The notes under the pieces were generated by a model, which was given only the letters and a program-made list of their open reading frames with translations, was not told the DNA's origin and did not search any database. From the NCBI GenBank assembly GCA_902588745.1, contig CACIQI010000001.1, forward strand, positions 13,924 through 77,923: DNA of 64,000 nucleotides. The letters are read 5' to 3'. Of this stretch, positions 18,955 through 28,288 are shown piece after piece (position 1 is the first letter of the stretch; each line of letters begins with the position of its first letter). A program made the translations under genes and the position numbers. Source of the stretch: an uncultured Alphaproteobacteria bacterium (GTDB lineage: Bacteria; Pseudomonadota; Alphaproteobacteria; HIMB59; GCA-002718135).

Positions 18955-20635
18955 ACTTAACTCTCTCTATTTTTTTAGATTTATTAGATTTTGTTATAGC
19001 TAATGCAATTGACATTACTTGTAAAATTTGATTTTTACTAATAATTGATTCAACTTTGTTTACAACAACATTTATAAAATTGTTAAGAATTTTTTCCTTA
19101 TAGTTTTTATTAACTTTAAAATTAATAATTTTTTTTGAAATGCCATTTTTATTTTTTAGATATAAAATGGATATTTCTTTGTTATGTATTATAGAACCTT
19201 TTGTTCCATAAATTGAAATTGTATGATGATGAGGAGTTTGTGAGCTAAAATTTGATGTTATTTTGCCTGTAACATTATTTTTAAACTTAAAAATTGAAAC
19301 TATATTATCATCAAATTTTATATTTTTTTTTGATTTTGTGGATATATTATTTCCTATTGCATATACGGTTTCTATTTTTGAATTAATATACCATAAAAAC
19401 AAATCAATTATATGAACTCCACCACCATTTACAACAGAATAATCAGTAATTTTACCTCTCCATCCTGATGTTATCTTTTCTAATCTTCCATAGTTATATT
19501 CACCCTCAATATGATAGATTGTTCCAATTATATGATTATTAATAATTTTTTTATAGTATTTAAAATATGGATTTTCTCTTAGGACAAAATTGCAAGAAAT
19601 ATTATTTTGAAAATTTCTTTTTAATACTTTCTTTATTTGAGTTAATTCTTTTTCATTTGTACAAATAGGTTTTTCAATAAAAATATTTTTTTTATAATTT
19701 AATGCTTTTATAATTTGCTGAGCATGATAATTATCGTATGAAGCAATTGACAGGATATTAATATCTTTATCTTGTATTAAATCATCAGCACTATTTTCAT
19801 ATTTAATATTTTTTTTACTTGAAGTAATATCTTTGTATTTTCTTTTATTAAAATCACATACAGAAACTGTATTAATCTTATTATTAGATAGATATGTATC
19901 TAAATGTCTTTTACCAACTCCTAATCCTATTACTCCTGCATTAATAATACTTTTGTTTATAAAGTTAGTCTTTTTATTTAATTTCAAGATATCTTTTAAT
20001 AAAATTTTTTTATTTTTATAACCCAATAAATTTATTATTTTTTTGATTCTATAAAAATCATCTCTTGTATCAATACTAAGATTAATATTACTGTAATTTT
20101 TTTTTAAGGAAAAATTTTTTATGTTAAATTTTTTATAGTTTTTGTAAAAGTGTGATGTAACATGCTCTTTTTCTAAAGAGTCAAATTTAGAGTAATTATC
20201 GATTAATATTTTTTTTTTGATTATCTCTACAGACATTCCTTTTGGATATGATCTTGGAAAAACATTTGTAACAATATCATAATTACCATCATTAAATATT
20301 CTTATTGCTTTTGCTATAATTTTTGGATCAGTTAGTGGGCTATCACCATTTATCCTTATAAAAGAATCATGTTTATACTTTTCTAATACTTTAATAAATC
20401 TTTTTGAAACATCATTTAATGACCCTTTAATGCAATTAATTGAGTTTTTTTTACAATAATTGTAAACTTTAACATCATCTTTATTATTTGATGTAGCAAC
20501 TATTAAATTTGAAATGTTTATTATATTTAGAACTTGATCGATAACATGTTGAATAATTTTTTTTCCATTTATTTCCATCAAAACTTTATTTGGTAATCTC
20601 TTAGAAGATGATCTTGCCTGAATAATACAAAGCAT
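18947..20635 (-). CDS. fusion of a SpsF/NeuA-like cytidylyltransferase with a Gfo/Idh/MocA oxidoreductase
   Basis: 562 aa. The N-terminus MLCIIQARSSSKRLPNKVL resembles COG1861-type CMP-sugar synthetases. From ~aa 225, NAGVIGLGVGKRH...FIEKP is the Gfo/Idh/MocA Rossmann signature. Confidence 0.7.
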   Translation of the reverse strand: MLCIIQARSSSKRLPNKVLMEINGKKIIQHVIDQVLNIINISNLIVATSNNKDDVKVYNYCKKNSINCIKGSLNDVSKRFIKVLEKYKHDSFIRINGDSPLTDPKIIAKAIRIFNDGNYDIVTNVFPRSYPKGMSVEIIKKKILIDNYSKFDSLEKEHVTSHFYKNYKKFNIKNFSLKKNYSNINLSIDTRDDFYRIKKIINLLGYKNKKILLKDILKLNKKTNFINKSIINAGVIGLGVGKRHLDTYLSNNKINTVSVCDFNKRKYKDITSSKKNIKYENSADDLIQDKDINILSIASYDNYHAQQIIKALNYKKNIFIEKPICTNEKELTQIKKVLKRNFQNNISCNFVLRENPYFKYYKKIINNHIIGTIYHIEGEYNYGRLEKITSGWRGKITDYSVVNGGGVHIIDLFLWYINSKIETVYAIGNNISTKSKKNIKFDDNIVSIFKFKNNVTGKITSNFSSQTPHHHTISIYGTKGSIIHNKEISILYLKNKNGISKKIINFKVNKNYKEKILNNFINVVVNKVESIISKNQILQVMSIALAITKSNKSKKIERVKYD

Positions 20636-20636
20636 T

Positions 20637-21926
20637 CTAAAGACTCCAGTAGTATGTTTTGTTTTTTATAAAATAATCCTTATTTAAAATAGATTTAATA
20701 TCAAAAATTATCGGCTTTTTCTTACCAAAAAATCCTAAGATTTTTTTATTAGAAAATTTCAGAAAATGCTTATGAGGTACGGCAAATATTAATAAATCTA
20801 TATTATTAAAGTTAACAACAATTTTTGATTTGATATTATTATTCTTAAATGATTTTATATCCAAATAAGGATCAATGACATTTATATTAATGTCATTATT
20901 TAAAAGATATTCAATTATTTCAATTACTTGACTATTTCTAGTGTCAGCACAATTTTCCTTAAATGTTATTCCTAAAACTCCTATTTTTGCGTTTTTAAAT
21001 TTTATATTATTAATCCTAAGAGCATTCTTTACTTCTTTATATATATGTAAAGACATGTTTGAATTAACTTTTCTACCAGATAAAATTATCTTTGGGTTAT
21101 ATCCGACTAATTTTGATTTATGAGTTAAATAATATGGATCTACACCAATACAATGTCCACCGACTAGGCCAGGTTTAAAATCTAAAAAATTCCATTTGGT
21201 TTTCGATGCTGATAATACATCATTAGTATTAATTTTTAATTTATTAAATATAAAGCTTAATTCATTCATAAGAGATATATTTAAATCTCTTTGAACATTT
21301 TCAATTATTTTTGAAGCTTCAGCAACTTTTATACTTGGGGCTAAATGCGTACCTTTTTTAATAATTAATCTATAAAGATCATTAACTTTTTTAGCAGTTT
21401 TTTTATTTGAACCACTTGTTACCTTAGTTATATTAGATATTGTATTTTTTGTATCACCTGGATTAATTCTTTCAGGACTATAACCAACCCCAAATGAAAC
21501 ATTAACTTTTAAACCAGAGTTTTTTTCAAGAAGTGGTATCAAGAATTCTTCAGTTAAGCCCGGATAAACAGTAGATTCAAGTATAACTAAATCATCTTTT
21601 TTTAATATTTTTCCAATCATTATACCGGCATCTTTTATAAATTTAAGATCTGGTTTGTTATTTTTATTAATAGGTGTTGGAACAGTTATTATATATATAC
21701 TACATTTTTCTAAATCTTTTATTTTATAAGTAAATGAAATATTATTGATTTTTGATAATTTATTTTTCGAAATTTCTCCAGTTTTATCAATATTTTTTAT
21801 TAACTGATTTATTCTATTTTTATCTACATCAAATGCAATTACTTGTTTTTTATTTGTAAATTCGATTGCCAAAGGTAAGCCTACATAGCCGAGACCAATA
21901 ACACCAAGATAATTATTTTTTTTCAT
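20637..21926 (-). CDS. UDP-N-acetylhexosamine 6-dehydrogenase (WbpO/TviB/CapL type)
   Basis: 429 aa with GLGYVGLPLA and the catalytic-Cys motif GLVGGHCIGVDPYY. Confidence 0.85.
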   Translation of the reverse strand: MKKNNYLGVIGLGYVGLPLAIEFTNKKQVIAFDVDKNRINQLIKNIDKTGEISKNKLSKINNISFTYKIKDLEKCSIYIITVPTPINKNNKPDLKFIKDAGIMIGKILKKDDLVILESTVYPGLTEEFLIPLLEKNSGLKVNVSFGVGYSPERINPGDTKNTISNITKVTSGSNKKTAKKVNDLYRLIIKKGTHLAPSIKVAEASKIIENVQRDLNISLMNELSFIFNKLKINTNDVLSASKTKWNFLDFKPGLVGGHCIGVDPYYLTHKSKLVGYNPKIILSGRKVNSNMSLHIYKEVKNALRINNIKFKNAKIGVLGITFKENCADTRNSQVIEIIEYLLNNDININVIDPYLDIKSFKNNNIKSKIVVNFNNIDLLIFAVPHKHFLKFSNKKILGFFGKKKPIIFDIKSILNKDYFIKNKTYYWSL

Positions 21927-21934
21927 ATTATAAT

Positions 21935-22393
21935 TTAAATAAATTTTTCATTTTTTGTTGAATGCAACCATATAGCAAAAGCATCTAAAGGGACTAGCTT
22001 ACTCATATTTAAAAAATCAGATGCTTGTAAAAATTTGTACTTTATTCCTTCATTAAGTTTAATATTTTTAATCATTTCTTTATTAATTTTATATTCAAAA
22101 TAAGAGACAAAAATTTTATTTAATTTTTTAAATGATAAGTCAAAAGTAAATTTTGTAAAATAAGATAATTCTTTTTCTTCAATTGAAATTGACAATTCTT
22201 CATTTATTTCTCTTCTCAAGCAATTTTGTTCTGTTTCATTACTTTCAATCCCACCTCCAAAAACCCCCCAGTGTAATGGGTAAAAAATATTTCGCTTATC
22301 ATCTCTAAGTTGAAACAAATAATTATTATTTTCATCGTAAATTATTGCATGCACAGCATTTTTAGAGGCTACTAAATAATCTTCTTCTGACAT
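21935..22393 (-). CDS. NUDIX hydrolase
   Basis: Nudix box GGGIESNETEQNCLRREINEEL. I prefer the internal start MSEEDY (ATG at 22391-22393). The track start at 22468 would overlap the transketolase gene by 71 nt. Confidence 0.7.
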   Translation of the reverse strand: MSEEDYLVASKNAVHAIIYDENNNYLFQLRDDKRNIFYPLHWGVFGGGIESNETEQNCLRREINEELSISIEEKELSYFTKFTFDLSFKKLNKIFVSYFEYKINKEMIKNIKLNEGIKYKFLQASDFLNMSKLVPLDAFAIWLHSTKNEKFI

Positions 22394-22397
22394 GAAA

Positions 22398-23309
22398 TTA
22401 TTTATAATTTTTAATAATATATGAAAAAGAAAAATTATGTTTTTCAAGAAGTTCTTGATGATTGCCATAAAAATTTATAAACTTATCTCTTAAAGTATAG
22501 CAATCCAATTTAGAAATAATTCCATTATCATAAGCAATTTCTTTAAGTCTTGAGCTTAAACCTCCATGAGGAATTGACTCTTCAAGAACTATAATTTTTT
22601 CATAATTTTTTAGTGTCTTTGTTAATCCATTTACATCTAAAGGCTTAATAGTATGATTACTTATTAGTGATGGATTAAGTCCATTATCATTAAAATATTT
22701 TTTTATTTGATTTGCTAAATTCATAGTAATTCCATAAGTAATTATTGCAATTTTGCTGCCTTTATATAAGTACCTAATTTTACCAAATTCAAAATTGTCT
22801 GCATTTTGAGTAAAATCTGGCTCTCCTGCTTTTCCAAGTCTCATATAAACTGGGCCTTTACTATCTTTAGCGCACCAAGTAGTTGCTAATTTCATCTCGG
22901 AGGGGTCACAAGGAGCTATAACTTGCATATTTGGTAATGTACTAGCTATAGCAATATCTTCGGCTGAATGATGAGTTGAGCCAAGTGTTGAATATATTAA
23001 ACCAGCCCCCATTCCTATTACTGTGACAGGTAAATTTTGATAACATAGATCTACTCTAATAAATTCAAAAGGCCTAAAAAGAGAAAAGGAAGCAATTGTA
23101 TAACAAAAAGGCCTCATACCTCTAAGCGCAAGACCTGCAGCTATTCCTATCATTGATTGTTCAGAAACACCTGTGTTTATGAATCTATTTGGAAAATCCT
23201 TTTGAAAGTCAAGCATTGAACCTGCTGGAGATATATCAGCAACAAGAGCACATATCTTAGAGTCTTTCTTTCCAATTTCATATATCGCTTCAGCAAATTT
23301 ATTTCTCAT
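22398..23309 (-). CDS. transketolase, C-terminal (pyrimidine-binding) subunit
   Basis: 303 aa with FINTGVSEQSMIGIAAGLA, typical of split transketolase subunit B. It has a 4-nt overlap with subunit A. Confidence 0.85.
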   Translation of the reverse strand: MRNKFAEAIYEIGKKDSKICALVADISPAGSMLDFQKDFPNRFINTGVSEQSMIGIAAGLALRGMRPFCYTIASFSLFRPFEFIRVDLCYQNLPVTVIGMGAGLIYSTLGSTHHSAEDIAIASTLPNMQVIAPCDPSEMKLATTWCAKDSKGPVYMRLGKAGEPDFTQNADNFEFGKIRYLYKGSKIAIITYGITMNLANQIKKYFNDNGLNPSLISNHTIKPLDVNGLTKTLKNYEKIIVLEESIPHGGLSSRLKEIAYDNGIISKLDCYTLRDKFINFYGNHQELLEKHNFSFSYIIKNYK

Positions 23310-24115
23310 GATTGTATTTCAAGTTCTTTCATTGCGATTTTATATTCTTCTTCATTTGGCGATCTGTAATGCCAAATTGGTTTATTTTCCATGTATGAAA
23401 CGCCCTTACCTTTAGTTGTATTACAGATAATTATAAAAGGTTTTTTAGTTTTTCTACTATTATATTTCTTTATTATATCCTCCTGATCATGACCATCAGC
23501 TTCAAAAGTTTCCCATCCAAAAGACTCTAATTTTGATTTGATTGGATAAAATTTAGGATGAACTTCTCTTGTAACTCCAAATGATTGCGAGCCGTTGTGA
23601 TCTAAAAAGCAAATTAAATTTTCACAATTTAAATTAGCAGCCATCATTAAAGCCTCCCATGTAGATCCCTCTTGTAATTCGCCATCACTGATCACAATAA
23701 AAATTTTTCTTTCTTCACTATTTATCTTATCAGCAGTATGCATTCCCACCGCTAAAGCCATACCATGACCAAGTGAACCTGTTGATGCTTCAATTCCTGG
23801 ATTTCCATAATCTGGATGAGCACCTAAAATTCCTCCGGGCTTACAATATTCATCAATTTGTTTATCAGAAATTATGCCAAGATAATTTAATACTACATAC
23901 TGCATTATACAGCTATGCCCTTTTGACATAATAAATGTATCATTAAATTTTTTTTCAGAAGTTTTAGACATTAATTCATTGTAAATTAAATCTACTATTT
24001 CAGTAGAAGAAAAAGCACCTCCAATATGTAAAGCAGGGACATTTTGAGAAATTTGAAGTATTTTTCTTCTAAAAAATAAACATCTATCTTTGTTATTATT
24101 TATTTTATTTTGCAT
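23306..24115 (-). CDS. transketolase, N-terminal (ThDP-binding) subunit
   Basis: 269 aa with SKGHSC, GSLGHGMALAVGM and ISDGELQEGSTWEA. Confidence 0.85.
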   Translation of the reverse strand: MQNKINNNKDRCLFFRRKILQISQNVPALHIGGAFSSTEIVDLIYNELMSKTSEKKFNDTFIMSKGHSCIMQYVVLNYLGIISDKQIDEYCKPGGILGAHPDYGNPGIEASTGSLGHGMALAVGMHTADKINSEERKIFIVISDGELQEGSTWEALMMAANLNCENLICFLDHNGSQSFGVTREVHPKFYPIKSKLESFGWETFEADGHDQEDIIKKYNSRKTKKPFIIICNTTKGKGVSYMENKPIWHYRSPNEEEYKIAMKELEIQS

Positions 24116-24116
24116 T

Positions 24117-24767
24117 TTATATAATTGTCCAATAATAATTACCTGTATATCCAGCTTTATTAAAAAGTTTTATCCAGTTTTCAGGATAGTCATGATAATA
24201 AGCAGTTAAAACCCAGCTCTCAAAAACCTTTTTTTCGTATTCGTTTCTATAAGAATCAACTTGTATAAAACTTTTTCCTTTAGAAACTCGCTCAATCTCT
24301 GTAAGACATTTAATTACACCATTTTGATCATAATTATGGATTGTATTTATAGAAATAACAAAATCAAAACATTTGTCAGGAAAAGGAAGTCTATCAGCTT
24401 TTCCTAAATGTAGTCGACCAATAGTTTCTTTTTCTGATTTTGAAATAGCATATTCTGAAATATCTATTCCATATGCGTCAATACCCAAGTTATGAAGATC
24501 TTTAACCAAAAACCCTTTTGCACAACCAATGTCTAAAACTTTATCACCTTTTTTTAAGTCGTAATGATTTATAATATCTTTGGCAACTGGCACCCATCGA
24601 CCATCATATTTATACCCCCCATATCCATACTCTCTTGGTCCGTCAAAGTACATCTCACCATATTCTCTTGAAATTCTTATAACTTCATCAGATTTATGTG
24701 TTTCTCTACTTTTAATGTCTCTTTTTTTTGGTTTAGGCAAAGATTTAAGTAGGTCAAGCTCAGACAT
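24117..24767 (-). CDS. class I SAM-dependent methyltransferase (paralog of 41348-42025)
   Basis: 216 aa with YGYGGYKYDGRWVPVAKDI and VLDIGCAKGFL. The same motifs occur in the 225-aa ORF at 41348-42025. Confidence 0.75.
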   Translation of the reverse strand: MSELDLLKSLPKPKKRDIKSRETHKSDEVIRISREYGEMYFDGPREYGYGGYKYDGRWVPVAKDIINHYDLKKGDKVLDIGCAKGFLVKDLHNLGIDAYGIDISEYAISKSEKETIGRLHLGKADRLPFPDKCFDFVISINTIHNYDQNGVIKCLTEIERVSKGKSFIQVDSYRNEYEKKVFESWVLTAYYHDYPENWIKLFNKAGYTGNYYWTII

Positions 24768-24783
24768 TTTGGAATTTGATATA

Positions 24784-25929
24784 TTATTTATCTAATAGTA
24801 TAAACCTTTTTTTTGCTAATTTTAGGCTTTTTATTATTTTTAAAGATAAGTCTCTTCTGAAAGGCATAATTATATTTTCAAATTTATGTATATCTTTGAC
24901 TGAAAGTATTTTTTTCTTCATGTGATAATTACCTATCTTATTAATATCTTGATCTATAAATTTATAATCCTTATTTTTTATTGATTGAGCAACCCATGTT
25001 GCTGCTATTGAAGTTCCAAAAATAGCTATATCACCCTTCAATTTTGTTATTTTGTTTAAAAAATTTTTATAAGAATTAAAATAAATATTTAATTTTATTT
25101 TTTTATTTATAAAATCATTATAATTGTATAGATTTTTATTTAAAATTTTATTTTCATTTCTCATTTTTAATAAAAAAGATATCTCTTTAGGTATTTTTTT
25201 ATTAAATAAAAATATTTTATTTAAATTTAGTTTTTTATTATAATTTCTAAAATCACTTTTAGCAAAATGAGAGCTATGATCCGCAACAAGAATATCAAAA
25301 GGAGAGTTCTCAAAATCTGGAACTTGAATAAAAAGATATCCAGTTTTTTTAAGTAAATATTTAATTTTTTCTAAAAATAAAACAGGATTTGGAACATGTT
25401 CCAATGTATGAATTAAAACAATTAAATCAAATTTTTTATCAATCTTATCAAGATTTAAAAAAAGTTTTTTAAAATTTTTAATTTTTTCTAATTTTTTTTT
25501 AAATCTTTTATCTTGCTCTAATCCATATAATTCCCAATTAGAATATTCTTTAGAAAATGATTTAAGAAATGGACCAGTTCCACATCCAATATCTAAAACA
25601 CTTCCATTTTTTTTAAATTTTATTTTAGAATTTATTAGATTTAAAATTTCCGAAGATCTATCATTCTGATCATTGTTATTAGAAGTAAATAATTTTTGAT
25701 CCTCACCCCTAGCACTTTTGAACATTTCATAATTTTTATAAATAGAATTTACTCTTTTTTTCCATTTTGCATCAATAGGTTTTTGGATTAAAAAACAATT
25801 AGAACATATTGATAAATCCCCTTTATAAAAAGTAGGTTTACAATCTGAACTAACTAAATAATAATTTGAAAATTTTTTAATTTTTATTAGTTTAGCTTCA
25901 CAGTTATGACAGATTAATTTTTTGCTCAT
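24784..25929 (-). CDS. three-part methyltransferase (zinc ribbon + class I MT + C-terminal domain), sugar C-methyltransferase-like architecture
   Basis: 381 aa with CHNC...CSNC at the N-terminus, VLDIGCGTGPF, LIHTLEHVPNP and an extra ~130-aa C-terminal domain. Confidence 0.6.
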   Translation of the reverse strand: MSKKLICHNCEAKLIKIKKFSNYYLVSSDCKPTFYKGDLSICSNCFLIQKPIDAKWKKRVNSIYKNYEMFKSARGEDQKLFTSNNNDQNDRSSEILNLINSKIKFKKNGSVLDIGCGTGPFLKSFSKEYSNWELYGLEQDKRFKKKLEKIKNFKKLFLNLDKIDKKFDLIVLIHTLEHVPNPVLFLEKIKYLLKKTGYLFIQVPDFENSPFDILVADHSSHFAKSDFRNYNKKLNLNKIFLFNKKIPKEISFLLKMRNENKILNKNLYNYNDFINKKIKLNIYFNSYKNFLNKITKLKGDIAIFGTSIAATWVAQSIKNKDYKFIDQDINKIGNYHMKKKILSVKDIHKFENIIMPFRRDLSLKIIKSLKLAKKRFILLDK

Positions 25930-27470
25930 AATAAGTTTTTGTATTTCTCTAAAAAATAATTTGGTATATTCGCTTCGAATTGTATATCATCAGTAAGAAG
26001 CGTATTATTATTTTTTATTATATTATTAATTTTTATTTGATTTTTTGAAATTTTTAAAATTTTTTTATTAGTATTATTTAATTTTTTTATCATTGTTGAA
26101 ACCAAATCTTTGATTTCATCTGAAGAATTCTCAACAAATTCTACTTCTAGCAAATTTTTATAAATTCCATCAAGGGCACCCATTGAAAATTTTTTTTCAA
26201 ACAAAGTATTAAAATCTAGCAAATTTCCGTTTTTATATTTTAATAAGCCCGGTAAGTATAAATCCTTTGAACCAAAATATAAAGTTGATAAAGGTCTATA
26301 ATTAGTCATTGCTATAGGAACATTCGCTATGTGAGATATTGCGGACATACCAGAGGATGTTCCTATCATGAACTTACATTGAGTAGATAAAAAGATATCC
26401 ATGAAATCTGATTTAATATTACTAAAAGGATAATCTATTATATTTTTTATATTTGGCATTCTTTTATTATTATCTTTTCCAATTCTAATAACCCAGCCGC
26501 CTGCATTTATAATTTCTTCAAAAGCAGGAAAATAATCCCTAATGTTTGCATCTCTATGATTTTCTCTACCTTTAAATGAATCATCTCTTACATGTACACA
26601 TACAAACCAATCATTTTTTTTAATCCCTATTTTATTTAATTTTTTCCAACCTAATTTTTTTTCATTTTCACTTAATTGAAAGAGAGGTTTTTTATTTTGA
26701 TTTTGCCAAATTTTGTTTACAAGAATTCCAGTAGATTGAGTATATAAATATAAGTTATTTTCAAACTTATAAAATTCATTTTGATGTATATCAAAAAGAC
26801 TTTCATACTTCTTATATTTTTTTATTAAATTTTCATCATAGATAAAATTAATATATTTTGATATTTTTTTAATATAAAAATCATTGATTGCTTTATTCTT
26901 AAATTCATTATGAACTAGACATATAAATTTATAATTTGGAATTAATCCTAGCTTGCATGACTTTAACGTAATATCAGTGATATATGATAAACCTATAGTA
27001 TTAAAAATATCTTTCGCTCGAATAAATCTAATGTTTTTTCTATTAAAATCATTACTATTTTGCATTTTGCTTAATATTTCAAAATACTTTTTCTTCAATA
27101 AAAAATAATTTTCTAAATCCAATGTATTATTTTTTATTTGAATATATTTCTGATAAAAATTAAAAGGATTTTTATTAATAGCTTCTATATTATCTAAGTA
27201 AAGTATATCAGATTTTTTTACTAGCAAATTTAGTTTTTTAAAATCAAATTTAATTTCATTTTCAATTATAAAATTGATTGTTTCTAAATAATAATCAATA
27301 AGAGAATTAAAGTTAAATTTATGAGGAAAATATTTTTCAATAAATGAAAAAACAATAAAATTAATTTTATTTTTCGAAATTACATATGATCTATAAAAAC
27401 TAAATAACCATTTTAACCTACCACCTTTTTTTAAAGGATAAAAAATATAATTAATTAAACTTCGCATCAT
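25926..27470 (-). CDS. uncharacterised protein, putative glycosyltransferase (possibly the TIGR04372-type family; paralog of 38416-39624)
   Basis: 514 aa. The C-terminal half shares W(F/I)C(V/I)H.RD, IR(I/V)G, D.(F/Y)L...CKF.IG..SG with the 402-aa ORF. The family assignment is from memory only. Confidence 0.4.
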   Translation of the reverse strand: MMRSLINYIFYPLKKGGRLKWLFSFYRSYVISKNKINFIVFSFIEKYFPHKFNFNSLIDYYLETINFIIENEIKFDFKKLNLLVKKSDILYLDNIEAINKNPFNFYQKYIQIKNNTLDLENYFLLKKKYFEILSKMQNSNDFNRKNIRFIRAKDIFNTIGLSYITDITLKSCKLGLIPNYKFICLVHNEFKNKAINDFYIKKISKYINFIYDENLIKKYKKYESLFDIHQNEFYKFENNLYLYTQSTGILVNKIWQNQNKKPLFQLSENEKKLGWKKLNKIGIKKNDWFVCVHVRDDSFKGRENHRDANIRDYFPAFEEIINAGGWVIRIGKDNNKRMPNIKNIIDYPFSNIKSDFMDIFLSTQCKFMIGTSSGMSAISHIANVPIAMTNYRPLSTLYFGSKDLYLPGLLKYKNGNLLDFNTLFEKKFSMGALDGIYKNLLEVEFVENSSDEIKDLVSTMIKKLNNTNKKILKISKNQIKINNIIKNNNTLLTDDIQFEANIPNYFLEKYKNLL

Positions 27471-28284
27471 TTAAAAAATGTCTCAAATTTTGAATATTAT
27501 CTAGGTTATTATACTTAGATGATAATGCGCAATATTTTGGTTTATATAGTATTTTTTTATCTGATTTTTTATAACTTATTTTTTTTACTAGATGATTATT
27601 TATATTATTAATCTTTAAAATTTTATTAATTAAATTGAAATAAGAAATTTTAGATTTTCCTGATAAATGATATATTCCTTTTTTTTCAATGCTAATTACA
27701 AACTTTACAACAAATTCAATAGATATAGGTGATATATATAGATCATGAAAAACATTAATTTCTTTATTCTTAATTATTAAATTTTTCCACTCATACAACA
27801 AACCATCATTTATTGATAAAATTTTTGTTGGACGAATAATGATAGTATTCTGTAGTTTTATTAGTTCTTTTTCTACAGAGTATTTAAATTTACCATAATT
27901 GCAGGTAGGATTTAACTCATCATTTTCAACACAATTTTTTTTCTTTCCATCAAAAACAGCCTGAGATGAAAAATATATAATTTTACAATTATTCTTAGAT
28001 AAATTTTTTATAATTTTAAGAGTATTTTTTACATTAATTAATTTACTTTTTTCTGGGTATGCCTCACAATTCGGTATACTTGTTATAGAAGCACAAAAAA
28101 AAACCTTTGAATCATATATATTTAATTTTTTTGGTTTTTTAAGGTCTAAATAAATAGAGTTAATTTTAGAGTTTTTTTTTCGTGAAGTACAAATTACATT
28201 TTTTTTATTTTTTTTTAAAAATTTATAAATATATGAACCAACTAAGCTATCTCCACCTATAATAAGATACTTTTCATTACGCAT
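27451..28284 (-). CDS. RmlD-like NAD(P)-dependent sugar reductase (SDR)
   Basis: 277 aa with IIGGDSLVGS, SSQAVFDG and YGKFK (YxxxK). Confidence 0.65.
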   Translation of the reverse strand: MRNEKYLIIGGDSLVGSYIYKFLKKNKKNVICTSRKKNSKINSIYLDLKKPKKLNIYDSKVFFCASITSIPNCEAYPEKSKLINVKNTLKIIKNLSKNNCKIIYFSSQAVFDGKKKNCVENDELNPTCNYGKFKYSVEKELIKLQNTIIIRPTKILSINDGLLYEWKNLIIKNKEINVFHDLYISPISIEFVVKFVISIEKKGIYHLSGKSKISYFNLINKILKINNINNHLVKKISYKKSDKKILYKPKYCALSSKYNNLDNIQNLRHFLNDAKFN

Positions 28285-28288
28285 TAAA

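Noticed and set aside
22394-22468. N-terminal 25 codons of the Nudix ORF, overlapping the transketolase C-subunit by 71 nt.
   Set aside because: The internal Met (MSEEDY) begins 5 nt after the upstream stop, which matches the spacing pattern of the rest of the operon. I kept this as a possibility only.
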